Shown here piece by piece: positions 9,601 to 21,200 of a DNA stretch of 64,000 nt. How positions within the stretch are numbered: position 1 is the stretch's first letter; each line of letters begins with the position of its first letter. Both the position numbers and the translations under genes were made by a program. The notes beneath the pieces were generated by a model. The model saw only the letters and a program-made list of their open reading frames with translations, ran no database searches and had not been told where the DNA came from. The stretch comes from a virus. The stretch lies in the IMG/VR virus record IMGVR_UViG_3300025769_000068, one strand, 5' to 3'.

Positions 9601-12270
9601 GAGGAAAGAACTTTAAATACAGCGAGTGGTATTGTTGGCGGTGCTGCTGCTGGATTTGCAGTCGCTGGCCCACTTGGTGCTGCTCTTGGCGCTGCTGCTG
9701 GTGGAATTTTAGCAGACTTTTTAACTCCACCAAAAGAAACTGCTGTCGCTTTAGCTGGCGCTCAAGCCGCAGCTACTAAAGCTGCTAAGAGTATGGCAGA
9801 TGCCACAAAAGAAGTTACCAAGAGGATGTCAGAATTTAGACTTGGTAATATTAGTGGGGATGAACTTTTTGAACCTTTAATAAAAGCACAAGAAGATGCT
9901 GCTCTAGCAAGAAGAAAAGGTGCAGCAGCTGAAGGCGAAGCTGCTGATTTTGGTCAAACGCTTCCGGGTGCTATGAGTCAAGCCTTTGGTTTTTCAAAAA
10001 GTTCTGATGCGATTAGAAGAGAAAACGAAGCTGCCCAAAAACAAAGAAGAGAACAAATGAAGGAAACCTCTACCCCAGCTGTACGCGCATTAGCTATGCA
10101 GGCTGCTGGAGGAGGTCAAGATGAACAACAGTTTAGAGAATTTTTACAGAGTACAGGTCTCAGTCTTAAAGATTTAGAAATGGCTGGCGTAAATGTTAAA
10201 GACATATTTGCAAGCGCAGAAAAAGAAGTTGAAAGAGCAAGAAAACAATTTGAATTATTAAATCTTGGTTTAAGTAATGTAAATGCCACAGCTGATGCAA
10301 GCATAGCCGTTTTAAATAACTTGGGGAATATTACAGATCTTGGAGCTAACTCTCAGGTTGAAAATTCTTTAAATACCTTAACTGCTGGTTTAACAGCTGC
10401 TGCTCAGGGTATAGATTTAGCTGATTTCCAGAAAGCGGTAGACACGGGCGTAGGTGTTCTACAGGGCTTAGGAGCTTCAGATGAAAGTATAAATAAATTT
10501 AAAAATACAACACAGGCGATTAATTCTGTACAGTCCGAAATACCAAACGCTTTGGAAAGAGTAAAAAAAACTTTTGATGCTAGCGGTGGAAAGGTAAGTG
10601 TTAAAGATCTTAGGCAGAAATTTGCTGACGAAATATCAGGCTCTTTGAAGGGTGTAGTAGACGAAGACACACTTTCAAATTTGACTGATTTAATTGCAGA
10701 GGGAGAGCTTTCTCCAGAAGATGTTAAAGCAATACAAGGAGGCGATATGTCTCCTCTTCAAAAACTAGTTGATGAGTTTGGTGAAGGGGCGATGAAAGAA
10801 TTTACAGAAGCTTTCAAAAAAGCAGCTGAAATAGAAAATAAACTTGTAGCTATTACTTCACAAAGAATTAATCTAGAAAATCAGTTAGTAGCATCACAGC
10901 AAAAAGTACTATCTGCTCAAATGGAAGCCGCACAGATTATAGCTGAATTTGGTGGCCCTGCGGTAACGCCTGATCAACAGCGAGCTAATATTATACAAAG
11001 TGCTAATACTCAATCTGGAGTTATTGGTGGTATTAGTAATTTACAAAGTGGTAGCGCTGCTGAACTTACAAATCGTAATAGAGAAATTAATGCCCAACTT
11101 CAAAATATAGATACGCAGAGATCAGCTGTTGCTGCTGGAGGCGGTGGTCTTGGCAGAGTCGAAGGTACAGAGTTACAAGCACAGCAAGACAGATTAATTA
11201 AGCTCGCTCAAGATCAATATAATGTTACTAAACAATTAATTGACGTTCGTAAGCAAGAACTTAGAACAATTCAAGCTAGAAATAAAGCAGAAAAAGACGG
11301 CTTGGAATCTCTACTTGATGGTGATTTTGAAGGATTCTTTGATGCTCAAGCAGCTGCTGGCGCTACAGCTGCAATCGCCACGGGCAATACTCAGCTGGCA
11401 TCGGCGTATGGTCCCGGCGGTCTTGCTGGAGCATTTAAAAACTTACAGCAGATGCAATCACAAGGTGTTACAACTGCATTTGGTCAAAACATTGGCGGCG
11501 CAGGAGGATTGCTAGAGCAATCTGCTGGAGCAGCTTTAGGGACATTTGGAATGCAAGGATCAGCAGATGTTCTTGCTGGCACTACACCAGAAGAAGCTGC
11601 CTTGCAGTCAGAAATACAAGGTTTAGCTAAAACGTTGCCAGATACTGCTCAAGTTCAAGCAAATGCTGCTGAAATGATGTTGAAAGCAGCCGTGATACAA
11701 CAACAAGTTGCACAAGCAGAATTAGCTGAAGTAAGAGAAAGGGTTCAAAACCGTGCTGGTGGTGGTTTGATTTATGCTAGCCGTGGAATGTTTGTACCCC
11801 GTGGAACTGACACTGTTCCTGCAATGTTGACTCCGGGTGAGTTTGTAGTTAGACGAGCAGCTGTTCAAAGGGGAAATAATCTTCAAATGCTTAAAGCTAT
11901 GAACAGTGGCGCTGTTAGCGATAGTGCAACACAAGCTTTATCTTCTGGGGGTCAAGTAAGATATTTACAAAACGGCGGTGAAGCTACTGGTGGAGGTCTT
12001 GGCATTAGTTCAGAAACTTTAAACAGTTTTGCATCAGCCCTTAATAACTTTAACACTCAGTTAGCTACTAATATACAAAATCTACAAAATACTCAATTCC
12101 AAATTACTTTAAATCCAGCAAATATAAATGTTAACTTAACTGGCACGTCATTCCTAGAAAAGTTGACATCTACTCTTAAACAAGAGTTGTTTAGCTTTGT
12201 GGGTCAGGAAATTGCTCAACATTCCGTGGGACCAGACGGACGACTAACTAAAGACAACCGAAGGGTATAA
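6619..12270 (+). CDS. Tape measure protein (TP901-like N-terminal region) with three DTVPAMLTPGEFV repeats
   Basis: 1883 aa, Ala/Gln/Gly-rich and helical. Contains the TMP-type motif ESAESIATGLRTIFTRI and hydrophobic Gly/Ala segments, at the canonical position. Confidence 0.9.
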   Translation: MSKFNLTAQIQLQAPKNAAQVVNQIQRQLQNINVNVNLKGAPQAQRQIQNLAKSTSQAANASTKLGKALTASIKRYAGLAIATRAVSLFTNTLSNAVQESIDFQRELIKVAQVTGKSLQELKGLTSEITRLSTSLGAASSSLIGVSRILSQAGLSANETRIALDALARSTLAPTFDNITQTAEGAVAIFNQFREGAQALEKQLGAINAVAGQFAVEAGDLIAVIRRTGGVFKSAGGDLNELIALFTSVRATTRESAESIATGLRTIFTRIQRPKTIEFLREFGVELVGLDGKFVGPYEAVKRLSAALAGLEQGDLTFIKIAEELGGFRQIGKVIPLIQEFRIAQEALNVAIAGGDSLTKDALTAQQALAVQIAKVREQFLALIRGVFESQSFQLFAKTSLNIASALLKVGEALKPLIPLLTTFAAINIARGAAGLIGGLSRPRGFNAGGMVPGSGNRDTVPAMLTPGEFVIRKSSVASIGAENLASMNKYAYGGTVKSLGTTYTSIPRTKGYDKLQNRRVQDNSKFVKVIPNEKDLDVWNNSRSFKHGDKFEEVLAKSRRFNTGRRATGPFDILDFPQTRSEAKFLPLNARYGKGENDRNAKGNTGKSIAAKNFLFENSRGTNRRPSSLSTTALAGKPVTTYYTDPSLWLKKMATGGGVSGTDTVPAMLTPGEFVMNKASAQNIGYSNLNRMNKVGKYANGGIVQGFNTGGTIRSPLLSGGTSKGTVPVSIQSVSSVAASMLGGGLGGGGGVIASAASGGGSGPRGLVAAKGTKRGNLPSKSRSVDSLSGIGFGLTAATAALATFAPTVDENSNAQERAIAALANSATTLAATFGGLASISESFGVSLGDAFRGGLGKKAKNAVQEDIIARSQAKASGIKQSARDRTKADIESGQIDLSTSKGRETARKRAEKARKSAAGVERRGRGFARAGGSAAQVGTQAAVGVAAFTAAFNAAQSLAQVFKELSGITKEMQDAIEDGNVALAERKAAEANAEERTLNTASGIVGGAAAGFAVAGPLGAALGAAAGGILADFLTPPKETAVALAGAQAAATKAAKSMADATKEVTKRMSEFRLGNISGDELFEPLIKAQEDAALARRKGAAAEGEAADFGQTLPGAMSQAFGFSKSSDAIRRENEAAQKQRREQMKETSTPAVRALAMQAAGGGQDEQQFREFLQSTGLSLKDLEMAGVNVKDIFASAEKEVERARKQFELLNLGLSNVNATADASIAVLNNLGNITDLGANSQVENSLNTLTAGLTAAAQGIDLADFQKAVDTGVGVLQGLGASDESINKFKNTTQAINSVQSEIPNALERVKKTFDASGGKVSVKDLRQKFADEISGSLKGVVDEDTLSNLTDLIAEGELSPEDVKAIQGGDMSPLQKLVDEFGEGAMKEFTEAFKKAAEIENKLVAITSQRINLENQLVASQQKVLSAQMEAAQIIAEFGGPAVTPDQQRANIIQSANTQSGVIGGISNLQSGSAAELTNRNREINAQLQNIDTQRSAVAAGGGGLGRVEGTELQAQQDRLIKLAQDQYNVTKQLIDVRKQELRTIQARNKAEKDGLESLLDGDFEGFFDAQAAAGATAAIATGNTQLASAYGPGGLAGAFKNLQQMQSQGVTTAFGQNIGGAGGLLEQSAGAALGTFGMQGSADVLAGTTPEEAALQSEIQGLAKTLPDTAQVQANAAEMMLKAAVIQQQVAQAELAEVRERVQNRAGGGLIYASRGMFVPRGTDTVPAMLTPGEFVVRRAAVQRGNNLQMLKAMNSGAVSDSATQALSSGGQVRYLQNGGEATGGGLGISSETLNSFASALNNFNTQLATNIQNLQNTQFQITLNPANINVNLTGTSFLEKLTSTLKQELFSFVGQEIAQHSVGPDGRLTKDNRRV

Positions 12271-12272
12271 GG

Positions 12273-15200
12273 ATGATACAGGATTGTTTTTCACCAAAGG
12301 TAAGCTTTAAAAAAGCGGGAGTTGGAAAACTCAGGCTTGGAGAAAGAGCGGGATTATTACAGGTACGTTGTCAAACTGATGTTAATCTAAAATTTGATAT
12401 AAATTTAAAAGCAGCAAATACTGGCGATAGACTTATTTCATCTAAAATGTTAGGCTTTGCAACACTAAAACAAACAACTACTAGCGATATTAATGTTAAT
12501 AGATATTTTAATCTAGATAATGCTTTTATAACAACTAGATATAAACTTAACCCAGCTAGTATTTTTGCAAGACCTTCTACTTCTGCTTTTGTCTCCGCAA
12601 GGCCACATAAGATTGCAGGGACTCACGACTCTTATCGAGAATTTGACAATTTTGTAGCTACAGAAAAATTATATCCTAGCGGTATTGAAGTTTTTGAAAG
12701 TGGATTTAACAGAATTATTGGAGTGGCATCGTCTATTGATGATGGTGTGCTTATCGGAAATTATCTAAAAAATGGATTACCAAGTTCCCGCGTTACTAGA
12801 GATTCTATATTTTTAAGATCTCAAGAAAGATTTGGAAAACCAAAAGATGATCATAATAATTATAAATTAGTATTAGAGATGGATAAACCTTCTACTGATA
12901 TGCTAGAAAGTTTTTTGGCAATTAGAGTAGATGCTCCTATTGAAAATTTTAGATCTCATAAGCCACTTTCTTATAAATTTAATAATCTAAAGTTTACTGA
13001 TCCGTCTGGAAATTTAATAGTACAATATAAAGACTTCACAGTTAAGGGTGAATCAAAGTATCTATCTACAGTAAACCCAACTACCTATTTAACTGAACCG
13101 CTAATAAATAACGCAAAACTAGATAAGGATGATAGTAATTATCCTCTATTTTTTAATGAAAGTGGTTATTTACTAAATATTGATGTGGAGACTTCCACTT
13201 TAGACGACCCATTTAACGTTGGTTTTAGTAACGCATTTTCTGAAGATAATAGACCAGTTGGTGGTAGAAGAGAAGATTTTAGAATTATCTCACTTGAAAT
13301 ACTATCACAGGGTTTAAGTAATTTTAGAAATGATGCAATACTTCCTTTTTCCGTGCAAGTTCCTGCAACTGGTTTAAGAACAGAAAGAAAAATATTTCCA
13401 TCAAATCTTTTAAAGTATAACTTTGATACAACTATTTATCCTTCTGGAGAACACTCTCTGTGGACAGATAATGGTAATCATACTTTTAACGACGTTGAAG
13501 ATAACAGTCACCTAAGTAATATTTTACGATTAGACGGTAATGACAAATTTATAGAATTATCTTCTACCACGGCTATTGCAGATTCTGGTAAGCTAAAACT
13601 TAAGTTTAGTCATGAGCCTCCGACTTCTGCATTTAGGTATGCAGATGGGGCTTTCCAATTTGCTTTTTCGTCAAATTCCTTTGACGCTGCTAATAAAAGA
13701 CAAGTTTCTGATATAGATTCTTTCTTTGTGGTTGACGAGATAGAGTTAAAGGTTACGGCTAAAAAGTCTGCTTCTAGTAGAGATTATGTAATTGATGCTG
13801 TTGGTTATAGTGATGATAAACTTTTGCATATAACTCCTAAGATTGGTGGATTTTTACAAAACGCTTCAGGCCAACATCCATCTGGAATAGGCGTAACTCC
13901 AGTTTCTTCTGGATTTGCAAATATAAACGACTTAGGAATTTCTACACTACCAATATCAGACAAGTTCTCTTACTTTGAAACTTCTGGTACTAATAACTTA
14001 GGAGGTAATCATTATTCATTACCTTTAACACCAATAGTAAATACAACTGAATTCACAGAGTATACTATACCTTTAGATATTTATCCAGATAATGTTAGAC
14101 TTGGAAAGTCTGTTGATTACTCTATGAGTTCTTACTTTGAACATCTATACTTAGATTTATTCCCATTCCCAAGTGGCGCGGCTATATCTAATATATCTTT
14201 ACTTATTAAGTACAGACCTAGCAACGCTCTTCCACTCCATACTGTTGCGCATGAAAAAGAACCATTACATAAATCTGAAGCTAAGGGGTATCCTTCGTCA
14301 AGTCAAAGCACGGACAGAAAGATAAATTCTGTTATACAAAATTCTGGACTGTCATTAATAGAAAGCATCCCACACGGATATCAAAGTCCAACAACCATTA
14401 AAACAAATTACGCTAGACGTTGGAGGGGTGTAGATGGAAATGTGATGACAGGTCCGTTTCAACCTACTGTCTTTGATTTCTCTTTCGAGAATCCTCAACT
14501 AGATGCGCCGTTCTTAAATGGAACATTTGATTTTACAAAGATAGAAGACGGATTCGTATTACCAAATCAAAGTGGATTATTAGACAACAATGTTAGTGGA
14601 TTTTATAATGCTAGCTTCTCATCTAATCTTATAGAAAATATTGGTTTACGATTTAATAATAGTGGTCTTTTTGTAAATCAACAACGAGATTATAAAACTT
14701 TAGATTGGACACAAACGGGTTCTGAATTAAGTGGTAAAATATTAGACTCTTTCGATAAAGCTTTAAGATTATCTGGACCTGACGCAAACATTAATTTTGG
14801 TAGTGGCATCTCAGTTTCTGGAGGTTTCGCGGCATACATTAGATTTTCTCCTGATGTTTCAATAAGTGGAAGCTCTTATAACCTTTGGGACTCTGGGGTG
14901 CTGCTATCAAAATGGAATCACGGAGAAGAACTAGAATTTCTTTTAGCTTATAGCGGTGGACATTTAGCCGCTCATGCTAGAGATATTGACAATAATACTA
15001 TATCTATATATGATAGTCAAGATTATACTAATTACCAATATCCACTATCTGTATTACTTACATATAATGATAATTTAAGTAGTAGATTAAAGTTATACGT
15101 TGACAGTGAAATAGCTAGCGGAAGTTATGATCTACTTCGAGCATCTTCTACTTCTTTCTTTATGGCATCTGGTAATAGTCCAATTGTAGCTGGTTTCTCT

Positions 15201-18200
15201 TCTGCTTCTGGCGTTGGTACTAATGTATTTGCAACAGACGTTGGTTTATCTTTCCACAATGCCAGCGGATCTAATATAACAGAATCTGGAATTAACTTGG
15301 ACATGAAGCAAACGGAGGTTGAAGGCTTCTTTAGCGGTCATCGTGCAAAATTCTGGAATGCTGGAGAAAGTCATGTTTATGATAGATATAAACTTTGGAG
15401 TTTTGTTGATCAAAATACAAGCAAGTGGAAAATAGGAGAATTTAATTTTTGTATGTTTGATCAAAACTTTAGTAGATTTAGTAAGAGGGTAGGCAGAGAT
15501 TATATTCAATTTAAGCTATCGCATAGTGGATTTCCATATTATCAAACTACAAATTTAGCTTTACCTTCTGGTAGTATACAAACATCTGGATTGGCATATC
15601 ATAGTCAGTTAGAAAATGATATGTTGAGACTTGACATTGGTACTATTCCAGACGGAGATAGTCATAGGCTTTATTCTGCATCTCCTAGAATTTCAAAGAA
15701 TTTCCCAAGAGGTTACAAGTTTGAAGAATCAGCATTTGTTGTAGATACTGTTATTCAAAGTCAAATTGATCAAGAAGTAAATTGGAATGATGGCAATACT
15801 GGACCTAAACTAATTGTAAGTTTATACGCCCCTCAAAAAGACCCAACAACATATGTAGAGTCAAATTTTGGTCTAGTAAATAGACATTATCATTATTTAC
15901 CTTTTAACGGTTGCATGACGAAAATATCTAGTACTTTTGATTATAATGATTGGATAGATAAATCAGAACCTTGGGCAGAGTTTAATTCTAGAACTGCTAG
16001 CACAGAGTTTGACCATAAGTTTTATTCTGACGACATTGATAAGATGTTTATTCAGTATGACATAGCATTTCCTTCTGGTGATAAGTTTACTTCTAACATC
16101 AAACTACATTCAATAAATTTAAATTTAGAAAATGTTTTAGCGTCTGGAGATGCAATTTCTTCTTCTGGCTTTGCGTTGTTTGCCAGCGGGAATACACTAT
16201 CCTCTAACGCCTTAGAATTGTTTGTAGATTCTTTGGTTAATATATCTGGAGCGCAACCTTCTGGATTAACTCTATACAGTTCTGGCGCGGCTATACCAAC
16301 AGTATCTGGAGAATCACCAAGTGGTTTGTTAATGTCTACCCTTGCTTACGATCCTTCTACAGTTAGTCGTGCTTCTGGTATGTACTTATCTTTATTTTCT
16401 TCTGGAGATGCAACAATTGGATTTGATCCAAATTTGATTATTCATGAAGGAATGTATGGTATTGTTAATACTGATTTTAATCCGGTTGTCAATCTCTTTA
16501 CTGAGGGCGGTGCTTTTGGAGTTAAAGTTTTAGATGGCGCTCTTTCCATATCTACCTTTAACGACGGTATTCTAGATTCAACTAGTGGAGATTTGTTCCT
16601 ATTTAATCAATCTGCTGGATTAGCCGATCCAATTTTAGATAGTGGAAGCATAACGATGTTTCTACATGGAGTTCCAGAATTAAATCCATTTATAGAATTG
16701 GTAGATACACTTCCGCTATATTTGGGTGGCGTGGATTTAAACATAACCTCCAGTAGTTCTCTAGACTTACGAATTATAGGACAGCCAATTATTAATGGTA
16801 TTAATAATGATATACATTTATTTACTACAAACTACAATGTTGCTCCGGGTGATTTAGGTCAAGAATTTATAAGCTGGACAAATGTAAATGCTGGCACAGG
16901 AATCTCAACTATTGAAAGTGATTATTCTTACTTAGAATCTAGCGATGAAATTCGCGGTGTAGATTTAACATGCTATGGAGATTGTGAGTCAACGGATGAA
17001 CCTTGTACTGATCCAGAAATTATTATTCATGGAAAGAATTTTGGACAAGATTGTGTTGACGGTGGAATATTTAGAGCTAAAAGATTATATACTAATCTTG
17101 CTACGAGTGGATTTAAAACTGACGTTGGATATAGCGGTAATTACTATGGTATTAGAAAATTTACTGGATTGATTCCTCATGCTCCATATGATATTCAAGT
17201 TTTTGGTAGAACAGCTGGAGAAGAAAGAAAAGAACTTCCAAGATCTTTATCTATTAATTATGGCACTAATGAAAATGTTCATTTTTCAGGTATCAAATTA
17301 ATTGCAGACGGAATACAGGGAGCTAGCGGTAATACTCCACCAAGCTCTACAACTCCAAGAAATGCATTTGATCAGTATGGAAAGTCTGTTTGCGTTGGTA
17401 AAAAGTATATGGTTGTTGGATCTCCTAAACACCATGTTTTTGATTATGACTCTAGAGATCTTGGAGAAGCTGGAACTGTGTTTGTATATGAAAGAAATTC
17501 TGAACCAAGTGGATATGATTGGTCTAATCAAGATGATAAATCTGGTTTTTCTTTTGTTTCTGAGTTAACACTACCAATTGGACTTAAAAGAGATTATGCT
17601 GTAGCCATAACAAGCAAAGACGACCCCCTTCAACCGCAGAGTGATAAAAAGTTACCTTTTCCTACAACTAGAGCTGAGTGGTACAACATAGGAGAAGGTA
17701 GAAATTTTGGATCATCTTTAGATATGTCTAATTCTGGTGAAAGTCCAACCATTGTTGTTGGCGCTCCAAACAGTGTATGGTCAAGAACATTTTCTGATCC
17801 AGTTCCAACTCCCATTGAGGTTGCGCTATTTGTATTCACCAGACCTTTTAAAGAATTTAAAAACGTAAAAAGACAAGGCCGAGAAGCGGAGGAAACTGTG
17901 ATTCCGGGTAAAAAAACGTATCGTGACATTTTACCTAGTATATCAGATGTAAACTTTTTATATAAATATTATTCTAATCCTGCTGTTTCTGTTAACTTAA
18001 AAGTTATTATAGTTGAGCCTAATTTAACCAGCGGTCCAGCTGGAGATCAAGACTTTATTGGTGGAACAGAGGATGTGGCATTTAAGTTTAGTATTTCTAA
18101 CCATGAGAGAGGTAAGTTTAGAGGTCAATCTCATACCACTCAGATGTTTCAACAACTACAAGAAATCTTCCACGGTCCTACAAGTGGGATATATCCACTT

Positions 18201-21200
18201 GATAGTAGCAAGATAAATAGTGGGATACCTGTGATTGTAGGAGCTTTAGTTGATGATAGTTTATCTATGGGTAACGAAACCCTTGGAGAAAATGGAAATG
18301 ACGCTGTAGATCAATTCTTTGATTGGTATAAAGAATACTCATTTGCTAGTGGCGTTACAAACTTTAGTAATGAACCTTCAGCTGGTTCTACTTTTAGAAC
18401 ATCTACTGACTCGGGAGAAGATTGGATAGCACTTTCTATTAATCTTATTAAAACGGTATTTGACACTGGAAGAATGGCTGCAAGTGAAGACTTTAAGTTA
18501 TTTTCAACTAGTGTTGGAACTTTTAATAATAATACTGCTAGATTTAATATGCCACCACCAAGCGGTGGAGCCGTTTTTGTATACGAAGAAGAATTTAATG
18601 ATGGAAAATTAGAATGGAATCCTATTCAAATTATAAATTCTCCAACAAAGTCTAAAGACGTATATGCAGATAGATTTGGTCATGACGTTGCTATTAGTGA
18701 CGACAAATCTACTATAGTTATTGGTTCTCCATACATAGACGAAGCTATAAGTATTTATGAAAGAAATCCATATACTTTTGCTCATGAATATGTGGGCAAT
18801 TGGATAAATAGGGTTGGTCCAAACGATAAACCATTTGGATACTTACGAGATAAGTACAGAAGATTTCAAGAACTTGTTCCAGCATTAGGACGCGGTGAGG
18901 CTCAAAAAGTTTTATTTAATGAGTTAAATGCCAGTGGTAAATTACAACTAAGAATAGATGAGGATATTAAGGCGTATGAATTAAATCAACGTTACACACA
19001 TAGCGAGATGAAACCTACCATTCCCCCAGATTGGGAATTCTTATATAGCAAGTTTGCGCCTACTCCAAGATTGGGTTATTCTGTTGATACTAACTCAGAT
19101 GGCTCTATTATAGCTGCTGGTGCGCCAACTGACAGCGTGCTAAATGAGGATAATGAATTCGTTGTATGGTGGAGACCGGGAGCCACACACACAAGTCAAT
19201 GGTTTTCAACCACAAATGCTGGATCTGTCACTGTGCTTGAGGGTAAAAAGTATTATGTTCATAAAAATAAAGCTGTAGAATATACTAGACTTGGTAATAA
19301 ACATAGAATATTAAATGAAGAAGAGCAGGGTGCGGGTTTATTTGATCACATGACAGCTATTTATAGAGATGCTGGTATTGATTTTTCTATACTGCCAAAT
19401 GACGAAGTAGATATTCCAAATGATGCAGGGTTGATGTTTATGATTACGCCAGCCATAGATGGTTTAAGCGATGAAATTGTAGAAAATATTCAAAATTGGT
19501 TAGGTCTTGGAGATAGACATTTAGTACTAGTTTCAGATGATCCAGTTTATGAAAATAGTGGAGTTTATGGAACTACCAATAATATTGTTAATGAATTGCT
19601 TACAAGGCTTGATTCTAGAATTGAAGTTGTGCCAGCTAGGTCTGAATATGAATCACTAGTTGGATCTAACAGAAGAGATAATAGTCCATTTAATGAAATG
19701 GATCTTAATATAATACCATCATTTATTCCCGGTGGAACAACGTCATTCAGCTATCCCGGTATCAAGGAGAATAGCTTCAGTGGATTACGTGGATCTGGAG
19801 TTGCTGACATTAAGTTAAATTTCCCCGGTATTTATTCAGCTTATCATTGCGGCGAAAGAAGAAACAATCTTTTTGAAACAGATTTAGCTGGAAATGAAAC
19901 AGGAGCTTTCCCATCATATCAAGAACTGAACGACAGGTGCGAAATGATTCCTCAACATGGGGGAGATCTTAGAGCAGAATGGATTGATTTTTGTGAAAAT
20001 CCAATAGGATTAGGTATTATAACATTCCCAGTAAACTTGGCGATGGCATTTGGTACTCAAACAGAAGTAACCGTTGGTTGCTGTATAGAAGATTGCCCAC
20101 CACCACCTACGGGACTCCCAAATAGGGAACCCATACCGCTACTAGTAGCGAATGAACATAGTCTAGAAGAGAAAATTATACCAGCTATTCCAGAAAGAAT
20201 TAAAGAAGTTGAGGTTGTTGTTGGATTTGAGACAAAAACAGGAGGGCCGTTCTTTTCAAAAGATTGTTTTGAAGAAGCACAGTTTTACTGGACAGCGGAC
20301 AGTAATAATTATAAAGGCTTGAATACTAACCTTGGTTTTACGTCAAGTCCTAGCAAGTATATTACAGACAACGAACTTGTAGCATCTAGAAGAAGTATTC
20401 TTAGATCTAAATCTCATTCTGAAGGCCAAGTTATAAATGAAAGAAATCCAATAGATCATTTTAATATTATCTCTAAAGAAAAATATAAAGATACAACATC
20501 TGAAGTATACATAATTAGTAATACTGACATGGAGCTTAGAGAATTTTTATTAAATTCAGAAGTTGACGATAAAAATCTTTTAATATATAGATCCATATTA
20601 AAATCTGTTAATAATAGCGATGAGTTTTTGACAAGAATAGCACAGCTGGGTGGGTGGACAAATAGGACAGCATTTAAAGATGGTCGTGAAGATTCTTACC
20701 TAGAAGAACTACTTGGTTTCTTGCCACCAGATGTAGCTTACAATGTAGATGATTTAGAAAATCATATTTTAACTAGTACTTATGACGCTGCGTGGATTGC
20801 CAATACTGACCAAATCATACCAAGTGATGACTTAAATGTATTGAAAGCTTGGCTATCACGGGGCGATAGAAAGTTATTTATAACTTGCGGTAGAAAAGAT
20901 TCCTCTAGTGATAATCAAACAATTACAGATCAAGGCATTCCATTAGAAAATGTAGAAGCTTTAGAGTCTTTAGCTGCTGGCTTAGAATTGAATATGAGGC
21001 CATTAAGACTGCCAGTAAAAAACAAAGTAGCTTCTATGATAGATTTCTTTCCAGACATTGAAGCAAGATTTGAAACATTTGGAGAATTAAATGATCAAAT
21101 GAGAGATTTTGGTTTTGGTCAAGAAGATTTCAATGCTGGGGCTTCAGCTACATTTGCAATTCCTGCATTTAATTCTTTATCAATATCTGGTGGCGAAAGA

